Part shown: positions 26,517-39,724 of the stretch, piece after piece
How the letters are laid out: every line of letters begins with the position of its first letter
How positions within the stretch are numbered: position 1 is the stretch's first letter
Origin: Octopus vulgaris
Taxonomy: Eukaryota
Direction of reading: 5' to 3'
Assembly: GCA_951406725.2 (NCBI GenBank)
Contig: OX597830.1
Span: 26,660,001-26,724,000, forward strand
DNA length: 64,000 nt
The notes under the pieces: model-generated
Database searches by the model: none
What the model was told of the DNA's origin: nothing
The model's input: only the letters and a program-made list of their open reading frames with translations
Program-made: the position numbers and the translations under genes

Positions 26517-28271
26517 CTGAACTTCAAGCGAAACGCCGTACTGTAACAGATTATTTGTTTCTCACGCGATATTGAGATTATATGGATTTTATCACATTTC
26601 TAGGTAATTTGACATCAGGAGGATGTCACTGACCCACAACACCACTCACTTTTGAAAACACAAGTATTACATATAGGGTTCGAACTCCTTCATTTTTTCG
26701 TGAACATGTTAACGTTCGCGACTGCATCTTTATGATGCTCGTACAAAGCGTTGACTCATTGGGTAGGGCGGCGAGCTGGCAGAAACGTTGGCACGCCGGG
26801 CGAAATGCGTAGCCGTATTTCGTATGTCGTTACGTTGTGTGTTCAAATTCCGCCGAGGTCGACTTTGCCTTTCATCCTTTCGGGGTAGATAAATTAAGTA
26901 CCAGTCACGCACTGGGGTCGATGTAATCGACTTAATACCTATGTCTGTCCTTGTTTGTCCCCTCTATGTTTAGCCCCTTGTGGGTAATAAAGAAATAGGT
27001 ATAAAAGGCACCCAAATTTATCAGCCTGCCATTCATTTCCCGAATGCAGCAAGCTTGCCAAGACTGACATAAAATGAGAGGGGGTAAGCCATCGGACGTC
27101 TCTATGCTGGTCAACGTCCATGGGTCATTGTATATGACTTGAACTGCAGTATTCGGACAAGAGAGCGGCTGAGGGAACGATACAATGCCACAAACAGTAC
27201 GGATAATCGTCCACGCTGTGGCCGACTGAGGGTTACAACGGCACGTCAAGATCGCCATCTGCACCGACAGCACTTCCAGGACCGAATCCGTAGGGCAATG
27301 AAATAATCTAGGCTGACCATAGGGACTCAGCACAGATCCATTTGTACAGAAACAGTTCGCCGTCGGCTGAGATCTTTCAATTTGTCTTGTCGACGTCTGG
27401 CTAGGGCCCCCAATCCTCAGAAATCGTCATCGACGAGCACGTCTGCAGTGGGCTCAAGAATGTTAGAACTGGCGATATCAGCAGTGGAGGACTGTGGTAT
27501 TCTCTGACAAAACTCGATATTGCATTTCTGTGCCAGATGGAAGAGCTAGGACTTGGAGAAAGAGTGAACGTCATGCCGATGTCTGTGTGGTGGAGAGAAA
27601 CTCATGAGGATGACAGAGCATCATGGTATGGAGTAGGATTGCACTCAACCAGAAACTTGGACCGGTGGTCTTCCAAAAAATCTGCCAAAGCCGGGGAAAT
27701 GGAGCACCCGCTGCTCGCTACACCGACCAAGTGTGCCATATTTTGCCCGTCATCGGAATCACGTGCTTCAACACGACAACGCCCTACCCATACTGCCTGT
27801 TTTGACAACAAACTTCCTCCAACAGTACAACATCGAGACATTGCTATGGTCTGCTCTAAATCCAGACTTGAACCCCATAGAGTACCTGTGGGACGAAATC
27901 AAAAAAAAAAAGGCTAAATGGCATCCGTCCAAGGTCGACAACTACGGCACAACTCACTGCAAGTTATAACAGATTGTAGGCTGCTATCCCCCATGGCCTT
28001 CATCAATCGTTTGGTACATTCAATGAATAGAAGATGACTGGCGGTAATCAATGCTAACGGTGGTCAAACGAGATATTGAGTTCATCTCTTTGGATCCAGG
28101 ACACTCTGTCATCACCTGACATCATGTGACGTCAAACTCGTTTCAGGAAATGACGTTTCATCATTAGGAAAGAATGGTTTCTTAATTAGCACTCTTCAAT
28201 CAATGCTATGGCAGTCTGTTAATAAACCGGTTTCTATTTAGTATGTGTGCGACGTTACTTTTGTGGTTCAA
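26517..28271 (+). mobile_element. Decayed Tc1-like transposon with a nested SINE A (26766-26997)
   Basis: RHRRARLQWA, WRTVVFSDKTRYC, LQHDNA and PDLNPIEYLWDEIK motifs. Imperfect TIRs TA|ctgaac...gttcaa|TA. Confidence 0.75.
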
Positions 28272-28608
28272 TATATTAGAAAAATTAAAATATTCCTTTT
28301 TACTCTAGGCACAAGGCCCGAAAATTTTGGAGAGGGTGCCAGTCGATTAGATCGACCTCAGTACGCAACTGGTACTTAATTTATCTATTAAAAAAGGAAA
28401 AGTCGAACTCGGCGGGATTTGAACTCAGAACGTATTTCCATATTTGTTCAATTCTTGCCGACACAGAGCTATCAGATTATTGCCTGATTATTAATAGTGT
28501 ATTTATACTTTCTGAATCTCTATTCTGAACATCATTATTCTTTAGAATTAGAAGGAAAATTAAATTATAAATTTCTTTTCTACTTTTGTAATATTTTAAT
28601 TTTGCTAG

Positions 28609-29155
28609 GGCGGCGAGCTGGCGAAAACGTTAGCACGCCGGGCGAAATGCTTAGCAGTATTTCGTCTGTCTTTACGTTCTGAGTTCAAATTCCACCGAGG
28701 TCGACTTTACCTTTCATCCTTTCAGGATTGATAAATTAAGTACCAGTTGCGTACTGAGGTCGATCTAATCCAGTGGCACCCTCTCCAAAAATTTCGGGCC
28801 TTGTGCCTTGAGTAGAAAAGAGTATTTCGTCTGTCTTTACGTTCTGAGAGCAAATTCCGCCGAGGTCGACTTTACCTTTTATCCTTTCAGGGTAGATAAA
28901 TTAAGTACCAGTTGCGTACTGGGGTCGATCTAATCGACTGACCCAACTTGCTCCAAATTTCAGGCCTTGTGCCTAAAGTAGAAAAGAATATTTCTTCTAA
29001 TTGTCTTTACGTTCTGAGTTCAAATTTCGCCGATTTTGACTTTGCCTTTCATCCTTTCGAGATTGATAAATTATGTACTAGTTGCGTGCTGGGGTCGATC
29101 TAATCGACCGGTCCCTCCACCAAAATTTTGACTCTTGTGCCTAGAGTAGAATAGA
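28609..29155 (+). mobile_element. SINE family A, tandem trimer (~168-bp period)
   Basis: Three repeats of tctttacgttctgag...ccttgtgcct..agtagaa.ag. Inverted copy at 28296-28433. Confidence 0.85.
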
Positions 29156-29496
29156 ATACTTTTTTCTAAGTTTAGAGGGTAACAGTTTTGAGAATGAAAA
29201 TTCAGGAAGTATGCATACAATATACTAATAAAAGGCATTATTTATCTTCGTCTCTTTTTTGTGTGTGATTGTGTACATGCGTGTTCTTGTACTTGTCTTT
29301 ATTCGCACATGTTTTATATTAAAGAAATGAAAATATATATTTACAGTATCAAAATTTATAATTGTTTTTTAATTATTATTATTATTAGCAAAACATGAAG
29401 TTCTGCTTCGTAATTTGCTAGCTGTGTATACGACACAACAAAGAGATATCTTTCTTCCAGTCTTTTTTCTGTTATTACATCATAACTAAATAATTC

Positions 29497-29566
<70 letters not shown>

Positions 29567-30236
29567 CGTGTGTGTGCGTGTATGTATGTGCGTGCGCGTG
29601 CATCTGCGGATGTGCCTCCGTTTGTGTCTACGTATGTGAGTGTGTATTTTATTTTGTTAGTGACAGCTATGAAAAGCACTTACAGAAGGACGTCCTTCAG
29701 AAAGGTATGTATTAAGCTTTTTTCTTTCTAAAACACTTCTATACTTTGGCGCATAAGACAATCGCATATTTTGGCGCATTTATTCTTAAGTGCATCAGAC
29801 CTGCATCTAATTCAACCGTATTGCGGTTGGGAGACCGAGAATCATAGGCTACGGAGCCAGGTGAGCTTAAGTCCCCTCGGCCCAATAATTTCACTAATAA
29901 TGGTTTCAAATTTTGGCACAGAGCCAGCAGTTTTTGTTGTGGGATGGGGTGATTAGTCGATTACAACGATCCCAGTCCTGATATTTATTTTTCTCGATTC
30001 AACAAGATAGTCAAAGTCGACCTCAACGAAATTTGAACCTACAAATGGACGAAATCCCACTCAGCATTTTGCCAGGTTTGCTAACGATTCCACCAGCTCT
30101 CCACCTATTAATTTTCCCTAATAAAGCTTTATTGCATTATTGTTAAGCGACTGCAATCGATTCCGCCAGACGAAATACTGCTAAGCATTTAGTCCAGCGT
30201 GCTAACGATTCTGCCAGCCCACCTCCTTAATAATAA

Positions 30237-30341
<105 letters not shown>

Positions 30342-30505
30342 TAATCCATTCTACTATAGGCACAAAGCCTGGAATTTGGGGACAGGGTACTAGTCGATTA
30401 TACCAGCCCCAGTGTATCACTGATACTTAATTTATCGACCCCGAAAGGATGAAAGGCAAAGTGGACCTCGGCGAAATTCCAACTCAGAACGTAGCGGCGG
30501 GCAAA

Positions 30506-30550
<45 letters not shown>

Positions 30551-30551
<1 letters not shown>

Positions 30552-31095
30552 CAGGCAGTGGCTCTCATGGTTTCTCATCTTAACTGATTGGAAGTGTTAT
30601 CATGTACATTGTTTTGTCTTGGTATAAAAGATGGGCTACAGCAAAATATTCTGCTCAATACCACAGATTTGTTTGTCAGTTGTTTGACCTAAGCCAGTTG
30701 AGTATGTCCCTTAGTGGCTGACGATATGTACATCTCTGATCACGAGCAGAAGTAGTGGGGGAGCATCATAGCCATGTGTTCAGAGGGATTCTTTGGGGTT
30801 TGGATAATTCACCTTTGGAAACATTTGGTGTTTCGTTCAACATCCTTAAACAACCCTTATTCAGGGACCTTTTGAAGAGGATGGGCTACTCGACCAGAAG
30901 AAAATTCTAACTGGGCTCCACCTGCAAGGTCATGTGCTGTTTATCTTAATTAATATGAGATCACCATGTCGCGTGCATATGGTTGTGATGCATGTGCCTA
31001 GTGTACCCTTATCAGACGGGTAGTCATGGTGGGTATACTGGCTTCGTATTTTTTACCCCAGTGTCACTTTGATGGCATGCACTGCTCTCTCACTC
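30551..31095 (-). mobile_element. Repeat inserted in an (AAT)n tract; probable Dong/R4-related non-coding end
   Basis: Unique-looking 545-bp block bounded on both sides by (AAT)n. Dong elements are known to target TAA repeats; the family call is inference. Confidence 0.45.
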
Positions 31096-31191
<96 letters not shown>

Positions 31192-31885
31192 CTAAAAAAG
31201 CTAATAAAGCTTTATTAGATTATTGTTAATTTTGTATACTTGGGAAGTTAAACAATGTTTTCTGCGGGCATTTGATAACTCAACGATGCCAAATTTTGTT
31301 GATTTTCAATAGAAGTCGCTACTAATTACATCTGAGGTCTTCTTTGAATAGTCAGATTTCAGTTTACCTGGAAAGAAACAATGGAGTTATTAATCCAAAG
31401 ATTTGAAATTAACGCATATAAGATTTATCAGCTGCAACATCACTCTTTCATAGTCAGGTTATGAACTTTTCAGCCCACCTTCGTAATATCCCCTTGTGTC
31501 TTTGATGCCGTCAAATACAATACTTATTGCACACTGAGGATTGAGGTTCTTGTTTCTATTAGGCGCAATGGACCAGTGGTTAGGGCTGCGGACTCGCGGT
31601 CATAGGATCACAGTTTCGATTCCCAGACCGGGCGTTGTGAGTGTTTATTGAGCGAAAACGCCTAAAGCTCCACGACGCTCAGGCAGCTGGTGATGGCGAA
31701 CCCTGCTGTATTCTTTCACCACAACTTCCTCTCAGTAGTAGTAGTAGTAGTATCGATACCCTGTTTTTTTTTCTTCCCTTCTTTATTGTTACATGTTGTT
31801 GCTGTCACGTATTTCTCCTTGTTTTATATTGCGTCAGTGACTTCATCTTTTGTTAATTTTTTTTTTTAATTAAATTTAATTGCAG

Positions 31886-32158
31886 GAATAATTACTGCCC
31901 CAAACTCAAGCTACGCATACCGAAATGACTTTATAAGAGTTCGAAACGCCTACCATGCAAATACGCCTGATCAAAATATCTCCGCAACACTCAGCTATTG
32001 TATAGAATTATGTTGGCGTTCGCAAGAATGTAAGTCCTTTGCATACAACAATGACGCAAGTAGATGCCTGATATATAGTGTGACGTCAGAAGAAAAACTC
32101 CTATTGTATCATGCCAATACTCATTACTATCAAAAGAAGAAGAACTACAACAATATCG
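31886..32158 (+). CDS. PAN/Apple module 1 exon of PAN gene 2
   Basis: ttgcag|GA...ATCG|gtaaat, 273 nt, phase 1-1. IITAPNSSYAYRNDFIRVRNAYHANTPDQNISATLSYCIELCWRSQECKSFAYNNDASRCLIYSVTSEEKLLLYHANTHYYQKKKNYNNI carries the CxxxC....CxSFxY......CxI motif and a YY end typical of PAN. Confidence 0.88.
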
Positions 32159-32577
32159 GTAAATATACTACTACTACTGCTGCTACTGCTGTTGCTGTTG
32201 CTGTTGCTGCTGTTGAGCGTAGCGGTCTTCGGAGAAGTCCGAAACGTGGTCCTTTGCTATTCGTAAGACCCGCAGAAGAGAAAGCAGGTCAACTCCCGAC
32301 ACCGAGAGCATCGACAGATGAATGAATGCGTATCCAGGCTCAGCGGTTGCGTAGGAAGTCGGGGACAAGAAACAGGAAGAAAGAGTGAGGAAAAGTTGGA
32401 GCGAAAGAGTACAACAGGGGTCGCTACCACCCCCTGTCGGAGCCTCGTGGAGCTTTGGGTGTTTTCGCTCAATAAACACACACAACGCCCGGTCTGGGAA
32501 TCGAAACCGCAATCCTCCGACCGCGAGTCCGCTGCCCTAACCATTGGGCCACTACTGCTGCTGTTGCTGCTATATAT

Positions 32578-32858
32578 ACTCTTTTACTCTTTTACTTGTT
32601 TCAGTCATTTGGCTGCGGCCATGCTGGAGCACCGCCTTTAGTCGAGCAAATCGACCCCAGGACTTATTCTTTGTAAGCCTAGTACTCATTCTATCGGTTT
32701 CTTTTGCCGAACCGCTAAGTTACGGGGACGTAAACACACCACCATCGGTTGTCAAGCGATGTTGAGGGAAGACACTTGCCCAAGGTGCCACGCAGTGGGA
32801 CTGAACCCGGAACCATGTGGTTGGTCAGCAAGCTATTTACCACACAGCCACTCCTGCG

Positions 32859-32860
<2 letters not shown>
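32578..32860 (-). mobile_element. SINE family C (ggagtggctgtgtggtaag head, ccttgggcaagtgtctt core, gagtaaaa tail)
   Basis: Also at 46543-46893(-), 50717-51155(+), 56314-56729(+), 57696-58085(+) and 62308-62732(+), with partial copies elsewhere. Confidence 0.85.
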
Positions 32861-32889
<29 letters not shown>

Positions 32890-32894
<5 letters not shown>

Positions 32895-33130
32895 TAGTAA
32901 TGGTAAGACAACAAAAGAATGAAATAGACCTCGATATTATGCAAATAGAGGAATTTATCTCTAATATAATATGTGACAATTATTCGGTTCCCATAGTAAA
33001 ACTCCGAGTTTCGGATGTCGGGGCGAAAATCTGCACCGGCATCTCTTCAGTTATCGAAAATAGCAATCAAAATATGCTATGAAAATCACCGTTACACAAA
33101 GGGAAATTACTATGTAATTGACCGTTATTA
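32890..33130 (-). mobile_element. Penelope pseudo-LTR with hammerhead motif (paralogue of 12001-12230)
   Basis: Aligns by eye with 12001-12220. The - strand reads CTGAAGA-stem-GAAA-CTCGGAG-TT. Confidence 0.7.
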
Positions 33131-34193
33131 AGACAAAAGAGCTATATATTTATTTTATATATTTATTTTATTATAAATGCAAAACAACACCACGGAGGAA
33201 TCGACGTAAGCTTGAATAATAAACCGCGATATGTGAATCGTGATGGGTGAACCGCGATATGGCAAGAAATTACTGTATGCATCTATACATATGTGCGTGT
33301 ATTCATTAACACACGTATAATTGCCCTTTTATATCTAGTTAGAGGTAGTCTACCTGGGTGTATAAATACCCTGAAATCTTTCTCCTCCGTGTAATTCACT
33401 GATTCGATAAACTGGTTACTGACAAATTTCCCAAGGTGAGAAAGACTCATTTAGTATCCTCTATTTGTGATCCTGTGTAATCAAGCCTTTCTAAAATAAT
33501 TGATCACTAATTTATATCCTGAGTAGTGAACTACTCGTAACTGTGACATCTTTATCGGTTAATCTACCTTTTTCTTCTTTTTCTCTTTCTTTTTACTTGT
33601 TTTCCTCATTAGAGTGTAGCCATGCTGGAGCAACGTTAAGTGTTTAGTCGCACAAATTGACTGCAGCATTTATTTTCTCCGTAATGCCAGGTTCTTATTC
33701 TATCGGTTTCTTTTGCCAAACTGCTAAGTTACACAGGCTTAGAGAAATCAACACCGGATTTCAAGGATTAGAGACAAGGACAAACACAGACACGAAGATA
33801 CACACACATATATACAGAGTCTTCGGGTGCAAGATGATGATTTTTTTTATGTCTCCCTTTTTTGGGAACAGTGTGATGTATCAGTCAACAGTCAACAGCG
33901 TTGGAGACCATAAAGATTAAAGTTGAAGTTAAGAAAAAGTTGACACGGAGGACTAGAAACCATCTGAATGTTAGAAAAGAGCTACCTGTGTCATGACTGT
34001 TAGGGCTGGGTATTAAAATGGCAACTGCTGGCTGCTGGCTACTAAATGCTCTGTGAATTATTTAAACCATGTTCCCCCTAACAGTGATGGTGATTTCAGT
34101 CTGCCTCCAGTAAGGATGACGTCGTTCCGTCCCACAAGACTAAACAGAGCTGTAGGTTTAGTTCCGACGGCTATGTGCAGTTTATGGAGACTC

Positions 34194-34248
<55 letters not shown>

Positions 34249-34763
34249 TTCAACTAGCAATAACCACGCCTCGGATAACCCTCATTGGCTATGATACCGC
34301 CTCTAATAATAATAATAATAATGATGATGATGATGATGATGATTATGATAACAACTAATGGTAATAATCATAATTCTCGACAGTAATTTCATTCTGATTT
34401 ATGTTGATGACAATGGTCAAATTTCGAATAGTGCAAGCAGATATGTTTTCTCTGTATCCACAAGCTCAGAAGGTGGATGAGGAGATAATAACCACTCGAA
34501 GATAAAGAAGAAGGAAATGGAAAGATGACATCCTTGAATGAAGAGGGAGGAGCCTGAATACAATGCATGGCTACAGCAAGAGACAGCAGTGTTATGATGA
34601 GGAGTAGAGTTCATGGTGGTGGTGGTGGTGGTGATATCTGAGGCTTCGACCCTCATCCGTGAGGAAGGGCGGACTCATTCGTTCATTCATTCATTCTTAG
34701 ATACTTTATTGTTTTCATTTATTTGTTTATTAACGTTTGTACTTTTCATTTATGTCTATGCAG

Positions 34764-34994
34764 GAACTTGCCCACTGAATATCGTTTATAGGGCTATTTC
34801 TGAACATGACTATACTATCTCAGAAAGTGAGTTATCACTTCCTGAATGCTTGTCAGCATGTTACGATAATTCCTCATGTAATATTATCAACTACAGCATG
34901 AAAAATCAGTACTGTGCCATATGTCATACTAATTCTCTTGACAAATCTGCAATATCTATTGAATATCAATGGCAAGTCATATACGTTAACAGAA
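34764..34994 (+). CDS. PAN/Apple module 2 exon of PAN gene 2
   Basis: tatgcag|GA...AGAA|gtaagt, 231 nt, phase 1-1. TCPLNIVYRAISEHDYTISESELSLPECLSACYDNSSCNIINYSMKNQYCAICHTNSLDKSAISIEYQWQVIYVNR, contained in ORF 34613-35026. Confidence 0.88.
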
Positions 34995-35353
34995 GTAAGT
35001 TCATGTTTAATTTGGTTTTCTTTTGAGAATTTTCTACCCTAATCGTTTATGGGTTCGGAAACAGAGAGATACATAAATCTCGCTACATCACAGAAAAAGA
35101 AAATGTTAGTTATACATGATGTACCATATATAGTCCACCAGCACATAAACTAGAATATCTTTTCGCACAGTAATTGCTAGATGATTTCCTAATTGAGCTT
35201 AAGGCTAATAACCCGAACTTCAAGTGTTTACAGAGAAAAAGAGCACACATATTTTGTAGTACACACTTTTATCGTGTCAGTAAACTTATTATTCAGTAAC
35301 AGTGCAACTGCTTGTTACATACACACGCGATGTCTGTGTGTGTGTGTGTGTTT

Positions 35354-35392
<39 letters not shown>

Positions 35393-35696
35393 TTTGTGTG
35401 TGTGTGTGTGTGTATACCAGCTGATTCGGAAGCCTAAAAATGATCCCTAGCTCCAGCCTCAGCTGTGACAGAGAACCTAACGGATGGCCAATTATAGCAC
35501 TTATGCAGAGTACCTATTGCTTTAGATCATCAGTGAACTAAACCCTTCATACTCTTTGTATGTATATATATATATATATATATACATAAAAGCTACGGTA
35601 ACACCCCCCCTTAGTGGTTAGCCATATTGAGATGGCTAGTATACTTTACGTTGTCGAGCAGTTACTGTTTACATCTCGTTCAGAGATTTATTATTG

Positions 35697-35775
<79 letters not shown>

Positions 35776-36098
35776 TATAAATATATATACATATATATAT
35801 ATATATACATACATATATATATGTATATATATACATATATACATATATATAAATATATGTATATATATATATACATATATATAGATACATATATACATAT
35901 ATATATATATGTATAAAATAATATATTATACATATATATATATATATACATACATACGTATGTATATGACACACACATATATATAAATATATATATATGT
36001 ATACATGTGTGTGTATACATGCACACATGTATACATATGTATAAATATATATGTATACATGAGCACAAATATATATATATTACATATTATATATGTGT

Positions 36099-36136
<38 letters not shown>

Positions 36137-36505
36137 ATATAAAGTTGAAATTTATAGAAAAACAAAAGGCGAAGATAGATGTATGGATAACAAGTAAGTA
36201 TTAGTTTGACGCTCGGGAAAAATGAAAAAGTACCTCACGTTTCGAGCCTACGCTCTTCAACAGAATGAAATAAGAGAAAATAAACAAAGAGAAAATAAAC
36301 AAAGAGAAAATTAAAAAACGTCTAGATTTCACTGGTCCAGCATGCGTGTATATATATATATATATACACACACATATATGTATGTGTGTGTGTGTTATTC
36401 TTATACAAGAGTAAATTTGTACTCAGCAAATGTTTACAATAACCATCAAATGAATGTAAAATTGTTTTTGTTATAATTAAATATAAAAAAACAAACATTA
36501 ACATC

Positions 36506-36550
<45 letters not shown>

Positions 36551-37371
36551 GTATATGAACACATGCACATATTTATATATACTTATTTTGTGCATAAGTG
36601 TGTGATGTCTGTAGGCGCATGTCTTGGGTGTATCAGTCGGAGTATTTCTTTTTACAAAATATCTCTGTGTAAACTATTCTTTTTCAGCTCGTCTCCTGTC
36701 TGTTCCGAAGCATCAGCTAATGAGCTTATACACCATGGGATGCAACCCAGGAGTGCTATATAAATTGTACTTCCCAAAAAGTAAATATTTATTTCGCTTC
36801 CATGTTTTAAATTTTATATGTTATATCTGGATGAATTAGGAAAGAATAATCTCGAACGAGATGACGTTTCGGCCACTACTACTCCTGCTAAAAAAAAAAG
36901 ACAGACAACTTCTGCAGGCACACGTACACACGCTCACACACACAATCAAACATACGCATACGCACACACACACACACACACGCACGCACACAGACACACA
37001 CACACACACACACTCACACATACTCGCACAAGCACATAGACAAATATAGTGAAAATAATTATTATTAAGGTGGCAGCCAGGCGACATGCACGTAGAACTG
37101 TTGGCATTTCGAACAAAATGCTAGGCGGTAATTCGTCCGTCTTTGTGCTCTGTGTTCACATTCTGCCGAGGGCGAATTAGTTTTTTATTCTTTCAGGGTC
37201 AATGAATGCCTGTTGAGCATTGAGAGTCAGTGTAATCGAACACGCTCCTACTCTCAACTCTCAGGTCTTGTACTTATGCCACAAATGATTATCAATGTCA
37301 TTCGATATCTGTGTACAAACTGATTCAAGGATCACCTTGTAACATTCTGCCAATTAAAACTAAGAATATAT

Positions 37372-37445
<74 letters not shown>

Positions 37446-37452
37446 TACATAG

Positions 37453-37876
37453 AGATCGTCGTCGACTTACGACCACAATTGGTTCCGACTGACTGGTCGT
37501 AAGTTGGCTTACAGACCTACGTACCTTTGTTTTATATTTTCACATTCTTAAGGTAAATTCTCAGGTAAAAGTCACACACAGAATTCTGTATTAAACTGCA
37601 ACAGTGTTATTTGTTCATAGAAAAGTACCAAAGAGTGCAAATACAAGAAATACACAATGTAGTGTAAGAAACAGTAGCAAAACTTACATAAAAATTTATT
37701 GTAGACTGGTGTATGGCTGTGGATCTTCGATGTTAGAAAGCATCATCTGTAGATGGGTTAATTAATCCATTCCATTTCAACTGGACTGTTTATTATTGCT
37801 GCCAGAAACTGGCGCGCCAATCGTCGTCAAGTTGATCGGTCGTAAGTCGGATAGGTCGTAAGTCGACGACGACCTG
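37453..37876. mobile_element. Tigger/pogo-like MITE
   Basis: TIRs ag.tcgtcgtcgacttacgacc / ggtcgtaagtcgacgacgacctg, with subterminal gtcgtaagt repeats. Confidence 0.75.
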
Positions 37877-38025
37877 TGTATATACGACGGTCTTCTTTCA
37901 GTTTCCGTCTACCAAGTCCATTTACAAAACTTTGGTCGGCCCGAGGCTATAGTAAAAGACACTTGCCCAAGGTTCCACGCCAATATACATATAGATGTAT
38001 GTATGTATGTATATGTGTGTGTCTA

Positions 38026-38068
<43 letters not shown>

Positions 38069-38112
38069 GTTTATATACGTTAACAGAAGTAAGTTGATGT
38101 TTAATTTGGTTT

Positions 38113-38143
<31 letters not shown>

Positions 38144-38299
38144 ATTTTATAGAAGGAGCTTCTACAGGATTTCTACAGGAGCTTCTACAGGACTAGAACT
38201 CTAGTCCTGTAGAAGCTCCTTCTATAAAATAAATTAATTTACTCTGCTATGTATTGAGTACCTTATTTACTGTGGTTAACCCCGACTCAACCCGGGACC

Positions 38300-38336
<37 letters not shown>

Positions 38337-38513
38337 GTGTGTATGTGTGTGTGTGTGTGTGAGAGAGAGAAAGAGAGAGTAATTTTGTATATATATATAT
38401 ATAGGTACACGCATATGGACATACAACAATGAATGTCCAAAACATCTCACACATATAAATACAAAAATAAGTACTATATTAACGTTATTGTCTTTTTCCT
38501 TTTGTCTTCACAG

Positions 38514-38704
38514 ATCACAGAGACAACTCCTCGTCAAGGTCCGCTGACTATACTCTGCAATGGAATCAATATGACTTTATCAGAGCTCTTTATACATATA
38601 CTGGCACATCGAAAATTCAATGCGCAGCAAAATGTCTTTCCCAAACAGATTGTGCCGCATTTTATTATTCCAATAACTATTGTTCCCTACAGGCTTACTT
38701 GTGA
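38514..38704 (+). CDS. Terminal exon (PAN module 3) of PAN gene 2
   Basis: ttttgtcttcacag|AT, phase 1. HRDNSSSRSADYTLQWNQYDFIRALYTYTGTSKIQCAAKCLSQTDCAAFYYSNNYCSLQAYL* (TGA 38702-38704). AATAAA at 39246. Confidence 0.88.
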
Positions 38705-39644
38705 GGCTTCAGAGAAATTTTGACTTTAGCAGGATGTGTTAAAAAGAATGTAAATTGACACTTCCCTTGGAACACCACGTTTTAGAATTTATCAGTATGT
38801 GTGACATTGTCATGGTTGTATTGAATATATCACGTCCAATTAATTTGTATTGTTTTTAAATTAAGAATAACACCACCACTTTAATGTCAAGTTGCCAATA
38901 TCATACTTTACTTTTTCTGTTACTAACTATATACCTGTTGTGAACATTCTCATTCTTCTGCACCAGCTCGTCCTTGGGATTCATTCCAAGGATGAAGCAG
39001 TTTTCTTTCTTCAAATTTTTGGGAAAACTTCGAATTCATAAAGAGACACTTTCTTAAATAACTTAATATTCATTGAGAAATTTGTTATCTCTCTGCAATA
39101 ACTTTATAACTCGTGTTCATTCAACTATAGAGTTTATTTTCTATTAATATATAGCTATATTTAAATATCTTCATAAAAACTGCTTCAATATATTCTTTCA
39201 TTTTGCTTCATATATTGTTAAATTTGTATATTTTAGTAATGCGATAATAAAAGTCCAACCTTATTTATCTTATAATGTCTGAAATGTTTTCACAGAACTG
39301 ATAATTTGCTAAAAATATGTTGCTAAGCTAATAACATATAATAGATATATAATTGGTGAGTTAATTAATTAAAATTTAAAATATATATTGTCTTAATGAA
39401 AGATCTGTTTATCTGGTAAACCGTGATTTGGTAAACGGAAATGTCTAACCAAGTAATCCATCTTAAGTCGGTTATGTTCTTCTGTAACAGACAAAATATG
39501 TGTATTGGTGATATAAGTTCTAGATATTAAAACCTGACAACTCAGCTCAAACAACAAACCATATAATGGGATACAAATGTGCACAAATCAATACTTTTGA
39601 GAAAATATGATGAAAAACATGTATTTATGTGTGCGATTGCCCAC

Positions 39645-39724
<80 letters not shown>

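Noticed and set aside
26604-26662. Candidate exon after tttctag
   Set aside because: It has a stop in the required frame and lies inside the Tc1 element.
29661-29704. AG/GT-bounded 44-nt candidate exon in PAN gene 2
   Set aside because: It is not a multiple of 3, so inclusion gives an immediate stop in the next exon; the microexons already resolve the frame.
35614-36204. Numerous YI/CV/HT-repeat ORFs here and throughout the ORF track
   Set aside because: They are translations of (TA)n, (TG)n, (ATGT)n and (AAT)n microsatellites.
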